Origin: Promethearchaeati archaeon SRVP18_Atabeyarchaeia-1
GTDB taxonomy: Archaea > Asgardarchaeota > Atabeyarchaeia > Atabeyarchaeales > Atabeyarchaeaceae
DNA: 64,000 bases
Direction of reading: 5' to 3'
Assembly: GCA_037308085.1 (NCBI GenBank)
Contig: CP147779.1
Span: 64,001 to 128,000 of the forward strand
The position numbers and the translations under genes were made by a program. Positions 9,560-17,846 of this stretch are shown in pieces; the stretch's first letter is position 1, and each line of letters begins with the position of its first letter. Below the pieces are notes generated by a model, which was not told the origin of the DNA, ran no database searches, and saw only the letters and a program-made list of their open reading frames with translations.

Positions 9560-10024
9560 ATGACTCGAGTTTATGGGACAGAACCTCTGACTATCATAAA
9601 GGATTACCGGATTCGCTATCAATCCACGCTGGGAGAAGTATCGAAGTTTTACTTGGATATGGCGAACAAGGGAAAGCTAATGGGAACGAAGTGCGAGAAG
9701 TGCGGCAAGACATACCTCCCCCCATATCCGCACTGCCCTGAGTGTCTTGGTGAGACTTCCTGGGTTGAGGTACCTGCCAGCGGAACCGTGGAAGCCTTCA
9801 CAATATGCTACGCACAGCCCCGCCACTTCACGCGAAAACTTCCCTACGTCATCGCTTATGTGAGGTTGGAGGGCGTCGATAATCTGCTCCCAGGCATTAT
9901 TGAATCAGATCCTAGTAAGGTCGAAGAAGGGGCAAAGGTTGCGCTGAAGATCCGGGTTCCGGAGAAAGGACCCAGCTGGGGAGTGTACGAATCAGAGTAT
10001 CACTTTGAGTTAGTCGAGGGGTGA
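9560..10024 (+). CDS. DUF35/ChsH2-like Zn-ribbon plus OB-fold protein
   Basis: GTKCEKCG...PP..HCPEC, GTVEAFT, PYVIAYVRLEG. Confidence 0.9.
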   Translation: MTRVYGTEPLTIIKDYRIRYQSTLGEVSKFYLDMANKGKLMGTKCEKCGKTYLPPYPHCPECLGETSWVEVPASGTVEAFTICYAQPRHFTRKLPYVIAYVRLEGVDNLLPGIIESDPSKVEEGAKVALKIRVPEKGPSWGVYESEYHFELVEG

Positions 10025-10033
10025 AAGACAGAA

Positions 10034-11314
10034 ATGAGCAGAAGAGTAGCCATAGTCGGGGCAGGAATGGGGAAATTCGACAAACCCCGGGAAGATAGAA
10101 GGGTTAGAGAGATGGTCGCCGAGTCCGTGAGGATGGCCTTCGATTTCGCGCCGAACCTATCCAAAGACGACATAGACATGGGCGTTGCATCGTACTTCGC
10201 CACGCACTTTGACCAGGAACATAACCCGGCTTCAGCTTGCTGGGACTACTTAGGCATGACGCCGAAACCTCTCTTACGCGTGGAGGGGGGAGGCGCAACA
10301 GGATGCTTGGCCATATGGGCTGCGTGGCACTACATCAAGGCAGGACTAGCCGATGTGGCACTAGTATACGGACTCGAAACACAGTCAACCGTTGATTCTT
10401 CTCTGGCAAACGAGTTCATCGCCTCAGCATCCGATACGGATTTCGATTTCGCGCTTGGGGGATTCTATACTGGTTACTACGCACTCATGTGCGCACGACA
10501 CTACAACCTATACAAGACCAACCCGGTTCACACTGCAATGATTGCGGTGAAGAACAAGAGGAATGCCCTGAACAAGCCATTCGCAGAATTCGGGGCAAAC
10601 ATCACGGTTGAAGATGTGCTGAAGTCGAGGATGATCGCGACCCCGCTGAAGATCTTCGATTGCTGCATGCTAACCGACGGCGCTGCCTCCGTTATTCTAG
10701 CCTCAGAAGAGAAGGCGAAGAAGCTCACCGACACGCCTATTTGGATCGCGGGTGCCGGGGGTGGAAGCGACGCTATGAGACTGGGTGACAGACCAATAAG
10801 CGCGTCAGAGACTTGGGCCAAAGGTAGCAAAACGCCAATCATCAATCCGAATGAGAATGCCCAAGCACTTGCAAAGGTGCTCTATCCCGACATTCAGTCC
10901 TTCGGAGCCTGCAGGGAGGCGGCTAGAGAGGCGTACAAGCTGGCCAATATAACCAATCCAATCAAAGAGATCCACTTGGCGGAACTGCACGATGCGTACA
11001 CGTCAAGCGAGATGCAGACCTACGAGGACATAGGATTCATCCCCCACGGGCAGACTGGTAAGTGGGTTGAGGAAGGCGGACCCTTCGTGGACGGCGATCT
11101 GCCCTGCAACCCCAGCGGCGGACTCATAGGGGTTGGGCACCCAGTTGGGGCAACAGGCATCATGAGCACGTTCTTTGCTTACCACCAGCTACTAGGTGAT
11201 GAACCGAAGTTCTGCACAAACAGAAGCACGGAAGTTCAACGAGCCGAGAAAGCAGTGGTGCATTCACATGCAGGCACGGGGACGTACATCGTCGTCTTCG
11301 TGTTGGAGAAATAG
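10034..11314 (+). CDS. SCP2-type thiolase-fold protein (nucleophile Cys absent, both His motifs kept)
   Basis: RVAIVGAG, VEGGGATG, TDGAAS, AELHDAY, NPSGGLIGVGHPVGATG. Confidence 0.9.
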   Translation: MSRRVAIVGAGMGKFDKPREDRRVREMVAESVRMAFDFAPNLSKDDIDMGVASYFATHFDQEHNPASACWDYLGMTPKPLLRVEGGGATGCLAIWAAWHYIKAGLADVALVYGLETQSTVDSSLANEFIASASDTDFDFALGGFYTGYYALMCARHYNLYKTNPVHTAMIAVKNKRNALNKPFAEFGANITVEDVLKSRMIATPLKIFDCCMLTDGAASVILASEEKAKKLTDTPIWIAGAGGGSDAMRLGDRPISASETWAKGSKTPIINPNENAQALAKVLYPDIQSFGACREAAREAYKLANITNPIKEIHLAELHDAYTSSEMQTYEDIGFIPHGQTGKWVEEGGPFVDGDLPCNPSGGLIGVGHPVGATGIMSTFFAYHQLLGDEPKFCTNRSTEVQRAEKAVVHSHAGTGTYIVVFVLEK

Positions 11315-11325
11315 GATGGGAGGAG

Positions 11326-11820
11326 ATGATTGTTCACATGTCCGATAGACCCGATGTATTGAACACAAAGCCATTGAGAATAACGAGAATCCACGATATG
11401 ACCTTCAACCACAGTTATGGGAAGATAGACAGATTCTTCAAGGGAGTAGTAGAAGGGAAACTGTACGCCACGAAGTGCGGTCACTGCAACAAAGTCTTCG
11501 TACCTCCGCGCGCCGATTGCCCGTTCTGCATGGCTGATCTGACAAACAGCTGGGTTGAACTGCCAAAGGAGTGTGAGCTTCACACGTTTTCGGTACTCCA
11601 CTTCGCTGGACCGACTTTCTTCAAAGACCTGCCTTTCATTCTGGGACTCGCAAAGTGGCCCAACGTTGACACTTACCTGATGGCGCGAATAAGAGAGGTC
11701 AAACCAGAGAATGTTCAGATTGGAATGAAGTTGAAGGTGAAGTTTGCAGAGCCTCACAGGAGAACTTGGACAGTACTCGACTTCTGGTACGAACCTGCTG
11801 AAGAGGAAAACGGAAAGTGA
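11326..11820 (+). CDS. DUF35/ChsH2-like Zn-ribbon plus OB-fold protein
   Basis: ATKCGHC...PPRADCPFC, PFILGL, IGMKLKVKF. Confidence 0.9.
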   Translation: MIVHMSDRPDVLNTKPLRITRIHDMTFNHSYGKIDRFFKGVVEGKLYATKCGHCNKVFVPPRADCPFCMADLTNSWVELPKECELHTFSVLHFAGPTFFKDLPFILGLAKWPNVDTYLMARIREVKPENVQIGMKLKVKFAEPHRRTWTVLDFWYEPAEEENGK

Positions 11821-11832
11821 GGGAGAAGGAAG

Positions 11833-12102
11833 ATGCCCGAGCAAGATGAAAAGAAGTGCCCCAAGTGCGGCATAGGTATGAAAAAGTATGACGGCGGTGC
11901 CGGAGTAGTCTGGCTATGCGCTAATAAGGGATGTGATCAGACGGCGATTCAGGAATACGACGTCTCAGTATACCAACGATTCGAGGGAACAAGGCTAGTA
12001 TCTGATTCAAAGATATTTCTCCCACCAGAGAAAAGGCTGGGCGCAAGAAAAAAGGAGATTCTTGAGCAAGCCAAACCTTTTCTTAAGGGCAAGAAGTACT
12101 GA
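11833..12102 (+). CDS. small zinc-ribbon protein at the end of the thiolase operon
   Basis: CPKCG...CANKGC; starts 12 nt after the previous gene. Confidence 0.6.
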   Translation: MPEQDEKKCPKCGIGMKKYDGGAGVVWLCANKGCDQTAIQEYDVSVYQRFEGTRLVSDSKIFLPPEKRLGARKKEILEQAKPFLKGKKY

Positions 12103-12197
12103 CTTCCTCCCGACTGCGCCCCCTTCTTTCTGTACGACAGGAGGCAATCCCTGGCCGTAGCTAGGTGATAGGACTCAAGAAAGAAAACGGGAAGAAG
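12103..12197. terminator. imperfect long inverted repeat between convergent genes (possible bidirectional terminator)
   Basis: CTTCCTCCCG (12103-12112) pairs with CGGGAAGAAG (12188-12197); TTCTTTCT (12124-12131) pairs with AGAAAGAA (12178-12185). Confidence 0.35.
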
Positions 12198-12220
12198 AAG
12201 CGGTGATCGCCTTCCGTGCC

Positions 12221-13384
12221 TCAGTAGCCGAATTCCTTGTATACTTCCCGCTGTATGAGGAATCTGAGAACCTCAGCGGTTCCGCCGCCTATCATCATGA
12301 GCCTCGAGTCCCTTAGCATCTTTTCCACCGGGTACTCCCTGGTATATCCGATTCCTCCAAGTATCTGGAGTGCGCTGCTTGCAACATCGAAAGCGGTTTC
12401 AGTCGAGTATACCTTAGCCATCGTCGCTTGCTTGGTAGCAGAAACTCCTTTGTCGAGCATTCTCGCAGCTTCAAGTGTCATGAGCTTCGCCGCCTCAATC
12501 TTCATCGCTGCCTCAGCGATCTTGAAGCTAACTCCTTCGAACGACTTGATCTTCTTGTCAAACTGAGCCCGTTCATTTGAATACTTGATTGCAGCTTCGA
12601 ATGGTGTCCTAGCGTATCCCAGTGCTTGGGCAGCTATGCAGACCCTTTCCCTATCAAGCTCATCCATCAAGACTCTGAAGCCCTCGTTCTCTTTTCCGAT
12701 TAGATTCTCCCTTGGAACCCGCACATCCTCGAACTTTAGATGAGATACCTTGGCTCCGTGTTGACCCAACAGTTCATAGTCTTTGACTGCTGAGAAGCCA
12801 CGCATACCCTTCTCGACCAAGAAAGCGGACATGCCTTGATGCGGATGAACAGTCGTGTTAGTAATCGCGAAGACACAAAGGAAGTCCGCCTGACTCCCGT
12901 TCGTTATGAATCTTTTCTCACCGTTGATCACGTAGTCTTTTCCGTCAAGCTTTGCCCTGGTTTTCATTCCTGCGGTGTCTGAACCAACGTCCGGTTCAGT
13001 TATCCCGATGGCTCCAACCTTCTCTCCCTTGATTGCCGGAATCAGGTACTTCTTCTTCTGATCCTCATTCCCGAATTTGAAGACCGGCATCGAGTAGAAG
13101 AGTGATGACGCTGCTCGGGACATGTCTGTCCCAGGGCTTACCGCAGACACTTCTTCGGCGACAATAATCTCGAATCCCATACCCTTTTCCGTTCCACCGT
13201 ATTTGGAAGGGTAAGGTGAGCCGAGATACCCCTTCTTTCCCATGCTGGCAATAAAATCCCTGACCAGCGAGAAATCCTCTTTCCGCTCAATCTCTTCAGA
13301 TACTGGCAGCAATTCCTGCTCTACGAATTTCCTGACTTCCTTTCTGAATCTGATCTCGTTTTCAGTGAACAGTATTTCGCTCAT
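12221..13384 (-). CDS. acyl-CoA dehydrogenase
   Basis: ITEPDVGSD, INGEKRFITNG, ERAQFDKKI, LQILGGIGY, IGGGTAEV; ATG at 13384. Confidence 0.95.
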   Translation of the reverse strand: MSEILFTENEIRFRKEVRKFVEQELLPVSEEIERKEDFSLVRDFIASMGKKGYLGSPYPSKYGGTEKGMGFEIIVAEEVSAVSPGTDMSRAASSLFYSMPVFKFGNEDQKKKYLIPAIKGEKVGAIGITEPDVGSDTAGMKTRAKLDGKDYVINGEKRFITNGSQADFLCVFAITNTTVHPHQGMSAFLVEKGMRGFSAVKDYELLGQHGAKVSHLKFEDVRVPRENLIGKENEGFRVLMDELDRERVCIAAQALGYARTPFEAAIKYSNERAQFDKKIKSFEGVSFKIAEAAMKIEAAKLMTLEAARMLDKGVSATKQATMAKVYSTETAFDVASSALQILGGIGYTREYPVEKMLRDSRLMMIGGGTAEVLRFLIQREVYKEFGY

Positions 13385-13631
13385 GTTGCTCCACCACACG
13401 ACGGTGGTACACTTCTACCCTCTAGGTCAAGAGCATGATTGTTAAGTACTTTTCTGTTGCGAATCATTTTCGGTGATCTCGTCCTCTGCTTTTTTCTGCG
13501 AAGTTCTCAAAGATAACACAAGGTTTTTCCCTAAACTAGCACCTAGCTTAAGAACACCGACACGAATAGTGAAGCTTGACGTACCTCTGAGTATGATCTC
13601 ATCACCAAGTTTGACGAGGATGAAACACACT

Positions 13632-15434
13632 ATGAACAATAAAGAGACTGAGAGCACTCAAGGAAAAAAGGTCATTGTCAGTCTAGATGAAAAAGAGAGA
13701 ATCACCGTTGACCGCGAGAACAATCCGAAGGAGATCTCAATCAACGGGGTTCTGAGCATTAACAATACGAGTGACAGTTACAGGATCTATAATACTTACC
13801 TGCCAGTGAGCAACCACGGGATTACCGATGTTTCCGAAGGACGATATCCAGTAGGTGAAATCGGTCCCAAGAAAGCATGGAAGAAAGATTATGTCGCCAC
13901 AACCGAGACTCCTACACTATCCCTTGAGGAGTTAATTGACACAAACTATGGAGAAGAGGCCAGTCAGCCCCACAGAGCATTCTATGTCGATAAAGAGAAT
14001 CCCACCATAATCAAGATATCCCTGAGGAACAATTTTGACCGTGACGTCTCTGCCATCACCCTAAAGAAGACTCTTCCTGCCGACTTGTCTGACGTTGAAT
14101 CTACCGCGGGATCAGGAGAAGTTGAAGTTGATGAAGGCAACAAGACCGTCAAATGGACTCTTGAATCTATGCAACCGAACGAGGAAGCCATGCTAACTCT
14201 CAAGGGAATACTTAGGCCAAGCAGTTCCGAGCCGATAAAATGTGGAGGCATGGAGGTTGCCTACAAAGTTGACGGTGGAGCCCGTTCAAATCTCGAGCTT
14301 GGACTTGAGTCTTTGACTAAGAGCCTCTCAAGTGTGAATATTAGCGAGACGGCATCAGCTGGGAAGTGGCTCTTCGAGATTTCCTTTGACAACAACACCG
14401 ACTTGGTCACCGTGCTAAATGAGTTCGCCATAAACGGCGGAGGCGAAACAATCGCCAAGTTCACGCCCAACGAGGAGATCCCAGCAGGAGAATCTTGGAA
14501 GCAGACCATAGAATTCGATTCAAGGGAAGTACCTGAACTTGAGAAGAGCATAAAATTCACGGTTGCCCACGAAGTTCACAAGTCAATCGATGGATTAATC
14601 ATCAGAGAAGATGATGTCATACCTGTTGGACAGATATCATGCGCCAAGCAGTTCGACCCCCCTGAGATACCAGCCTACGAAACCTATGAACTTAAGGCAC
14701 TATTGACTGCGGAGAACGCGGGGTCTGTCGAATTCGACTCTTTGAAATTCGTAGACATGCTGCCGAAAGATTTCAAGCCACCCAAGGCCGAGGACGTGAA
14801 AGCGAATTTGGGAGGCGGCAACGTCGATTGTGAAGTGGAGATCGAACCCCAAGATGAGGATCATGGAAAGGAGCACACGTTGACAATTACGGTCCCAGAT
14901 ATTCTGGATAAGAAGGGAGGCTTACCGCCAGGGGACAAGCTAATCGTCGAGTACCCGATCACAGCCGTTGGTGCAAGGCCTCCTTCCGAAACGAAGTATC
15001 CTGCTCCTCTACACGTCACCGCTTTCTGTCGTCCCCCGGGATTGGGAACAGACTCGACTACGCCACCCAATACACCTGAAATAGTAGTCAAGTATGTCAA
15101 GAGGGTACTGACAGGAGGCACTGGATTCGAGAGCGTCGAAGCAGGCGTCTATGAGATCACCATACAGGTAAACAACAAGGGAGAAGCAGCTTTGGAGAAC
15201 GTCGCTGTCGAGCACTGGATCCCACCTGACTTTGAATTCGTCGAGTATAGCCCGAAGAGAATAGTAATGGAAGAGGAAGAAGCTGCGGATGGAAGGAAAG
15301 TGAAATTCATTATTCCAAGGATGAACAAGGGAGCTGGTGAAACGATAACCTACAGAGTCAAGGGAAGACAGGACGCTCACTACTCACAAACCGAAGCCAA
15401 GTTTAGAGTCCTAGGTCCGCACAAGAAGGAATAA
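13632..15434 (+). CDS. cytoplasmic all-beta protein with an adaptin mu-homology-like region and Ig-like (DUF11-like) domains
   Basis: No signal peptide; MHD-like segments VIVSLDEKERITVD...INGVL and GEVEVDEGNKTVKWTL...MEVAYKV...SNL; C-terminal ITIQVNNKGEAALENVAVEHWIP. Confidence 0.5.
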   Translation: MNNKETESTQGKKVIVSLDEKERITVDRENNPKEISINGVLSINNTSDSYRIYNTYLPVSNHGITDVSEGRYPVGEIGPKKAWKKDYVATTETPTLSLEELIDTNYGEEASQPHRAFYVDKENPTIIKISLRNNFDRDVSAITLKKTLPADLSDVESTAGSGEVEVDEGNKTVKWTLESMQPNEEAMLTLKGILRPSSSEPIKCGGMEVAYKVDGGARSNLELGLESLTKSLSSVNISETASAGKWLFEISFDNNTDLVTVLNEFAINGGGETIAKFTPNEEIPAGESWKQTIEFDSREVPELEKSIKFTVAHEVHKSIDGLIIREDDVIPVGQISCAKQFDPPEIPAYETYELKALLTAENAGSVEFDSLKFVDMLPKDFKPPKAEDVKANLGGGNVDCEVEIEPQDEDHGKEHTLTITVPDILDKKGGLPPGDKLIVEYPITAVGARPPSETKYPAPLHVTAFCRPPGLGTDSTTPPNTPEIVVKYVKRVLTGGTGFESVEAGVYEITIQVNNKGEAALENVAVEHWIPPDFEFVEYSPKRIVMEEEEAADGRKVKFIIPRMNKGAGETITYRVKGRQDAHYSQTEAKFRVLGPHKKE

Positions 15435-15509
15435 GATGGGGTTATATACTGCCCCGTCTTCCACAGTTCTATCGCTGATGTTGTGAGTCAATGGAGGAAG
15501 CAAGATACA

Positions 15510-16547
15510 ATGGATTTTCTAACCTTGATTTCTAAAGGAGTAATTCCGATTATCGACTTCAAGTCTGTCAAGGGTGACGTGAAGCCGTTCCTAGCTAAGT
15601 ATGGAGGGCATGTTAACGCAATAGGCATCGTAGCCAAGGACGATACGGGTCGCGCATTCTTCCAGACCAGTGTAATGCCTCCAGGGTCGCCTGAACAGAT
15701 CAAGTTTCTGCCATCGGCCGCGGAGTTGTTCCACTCAATAGGCATCAAAGTCTACGCCATTGTTAGTTCTTACCTGGACTCAAGGGTCGCCCGAGATCCT
15801 CGGCTGAGAACGGTGAATCGGTTCGGGAAGCACAATGATAAGTTCGCCTGCCCGACCAACGTGACCAATCAGAACAATACTGCCAAACTTCTCGGAGAGT
15901 TGGCATCCGCTAAGTTGGTTGACGACATAATCGTGGTTGACAACGGATATGTGAGAAAAGACTACTGTTTCTGTGACACTTGCCAGAAGGAGTTCGCGCA
16001 GAAGAAGCAACTGCCTCTGCCAATAACAATGGACATCTTGAACTCAAAACCAGGCCTGGTGGATGACTGGATCATGTGGCGAGCAGAAGTCATAAACGCT
16101 TCGCTGGACAGTTTCTCGAAGCAGGTGATGGAGGCGGCCTCAAAGGTTCAGCATGAAGTCAAATTCTATGGCTCAGTCGACATGGATGAGAGAACTAGAT
16201 TCATGCAGGGAGCATTTCAGAACTTCGGTCAGGAAGCCGAGGGCATAGCAAAGTTGACGAACGTTGCCATAAGAGTTCAGCCGTGGACCCCAATAATACC
16301 GCCGAGAGAGTCAAAGGAATATGGCAAGATGCTGAACGATCTCAGAACGATCTCAAATACACTAAATGACTACAACCACAAGGGATTGATTTTGGCCTGG
16401 AACATGGAAGACGAAGATGAGATAAGTATTGCGAAGGACATGGCGAAAGCCCTCTCGGGCAACGAGATACTGTCCTTCCAAGGGTTCCCTGCAAGCATTG
16501 GATCACAGCGAGATGCTCACTTGGGATTGGACCTAGAAGCCAGGTGA
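15510..16547 (+). CDS. glycoside-hydrolase-like TIM-barrel protein (GHL10/GH42-like, with Cys cluster)
   Basis: FACPTN, DYCFCDTCQKEF, WIMWRAEVI, NFGQE; ATG at 15510 after GGAGG. Confidence 0.55.
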   Translation: MDFLTLISKGVIPIIDFKSVKGDVKPFLAKYGGHVNAIGIVAKDDTGRAFFQTSVMPPGSPEQIKFLPSAAELFHSIGIKVYAIVSSYLDSRVARDPRLRTVNRFGKHNDKFACPTNVTNQNNTAKLLGELASAKLVDDIIVVDNGYVRKDYCFCDTCQKEFAQKKQLPLPITMDILNSKPGLVDDWIMWRAEVINASLDSFSKQVMEAASKVQHEVKFYGSVDMDERTRFMQGAFQNFGQEAEGIAKLTNVAIRVQPWTPIIPPRESKEYGKMLNDLRTISNTLNDYNHKGLILAWNMEDEDEISIAKDMAKALSGNEILSFQGFPASIGSQRDAHLGLDLEAR

Positions 16548-16569
16548 TAAAACTACCTTCAGACGCAGC

Positions 16570-17145
16570 TTATTTCTTGCCTTCCTCGGATTCTTTTTTC
16601 TTGCCTTTTCCAGTTGTCTCCCTTTCCAAGTGACTCATCTCAAATTGCATTCTTTTCTCGAGAACCTTGGCCTCGGTTTTCATCTCTCCTTCCTCTTTAG
16701 AAGGCAGTTCTCCCACGCGCCATACACCCTTGCTCTGCTCAGTATGGGGCTTCTTCAACAGAGCTTCGAGTTCTGCTAGATCCGCGCGAGTGGTGCTATC
16801 TGATCCAGTAAGTGATTCATCAATCTGAATGACCCTGCAATCCCGTCCTATTGGAAACGTTGCCCCTTTGGTCTTAAGTCCGAATGTCGGGATTGACTTG
16901 ACGTTTCTAATCGCACCCATCCTATTATTCAAGGAACTTTTTTTACCTAGCCAAAGATGGATTTTCTTCGCTGGTTCGTCGATTACGGCGACAACTCTGC
17001 TTGGTTCAATGATGTTGATTGACAACTCTGCCGGAATAAACTCCCCAGAGGAGTTCACGACAAATGAAGCGATATATTTCGCTGAACTCAACCGCGCCTC
17101 AATCCTCCCTACTGCTGGCACTGCCATTTGCCATCTGAATGGCAT
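16570..17145 (-). CDS. single-domain gelsolin-like protein
   Basis: VVAVIDEPAKKIHLWLGKKSSLNNRMGA matches the gelsolin core (I-x-W-x-G-x-x-S-x-x-x-R); charged C-terminal tail. Confidence 0.6.
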   Translation of the reverse strand: MPFRWQMAVPAVGRIEARLSSAKYIASFVVNSSGEFIPAELSINIIEPSRVVAVIDEPAKKIHLWLGKKSSLNNRMGAIRNVKSIPTFGLKTKGATFPIGRDCRVIQIDESLTGSDSTTRADLAELEALLKKPHTEQSKGVWRVGELPSKEEGEMKTEAKVLEKRMQFEMSHLERETTGKGKKKESEEGKK

Positions 17146-17199
17146 CAGCTGCCAGGAAACCTAGTGGACCGGCGACGCTCAGATCTAGTGGCGGTCGTA

Positions 17200-17760
17200 C
17201 TAGTTATCCAGTAGCAGGAATTTAAGGAGATCGCTCATGGTAGGCTTCGCCCCTGCCCCGCTGATCCCCTTTGTGTTCCATTCTTTAACCCTTTTCACGA
17301 AGGCGCGTCTCTGCGATTCCCTTTCAAGCACAGATCTCTCTAGTTCAGCGAAGTCGAAGCTTCTGGATCCACTTCCAAGCCCCTTACAGAAGGAGCGGGC
17401 TTCTTCATTAACATCGAATACAACCTTTCCCCGCTTTTCGATGCTGTACTCAAAAGGAAATGGGCGACAAACAGACGGTCTCGATCTGTAGATGCTGCAA
17501 CTATTGTTATTCAGGAACATGCAACCGTCATTCCGCTCTGGCAATACCAAAACGAAGTTGTTCCTGTCTTTGAATCTTATTTTGGGGGAGTCCTTGTACG
17601 TTCGAATGACGCTATCGTCAGGTTCAATTAGTGTTAAGAACTCCTCTGGGCTCATACCCGTGAGCCCAGTGATACGATGGACATCTGCCGGCGTGACAGC
17701 TATCATATATCTTCTGCAGCATTCGCCACACATTTGACAGTCGAAACTCGTCTTCTTCGT
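17200..17760 (-). CDS. YkgJ/CxxCxxCC family cysteine-cluster protein
   Basis: FDCQMCGECCR, CMFL, CSIYRSRPSVCRPFPF, CKGLG; the first Cys lies upstream of the track's ATG, so the start is probably ACG at 17760. Confidence 0.85.
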   Translation of the reverse strand, partial: TKKTSFDCQMCGECCRRYMIAVTPADVHRITGLTGMSPEEFLTLIEPDDSVIRTYKDSPKIRFKDRNNFVLVLPERNDGCMFLNNNSCSIYRSRPSVCRPFPFEYSIEKRGKVVFDVNEEARSFCKGLGSGSRSFDFAELERSVLERESQRRAFVKRVKEWNTKGISGAGAKPTMSDLLKFLLLDN

Positions 17761-17846
17761 TTTGGTACCTCCAACAAAAACGTTTAAGTTTCACGTAAGT
17801 TCAATATATCCAAGAAACTCCGCCACTCCGAGATGAGGGTTTGACA

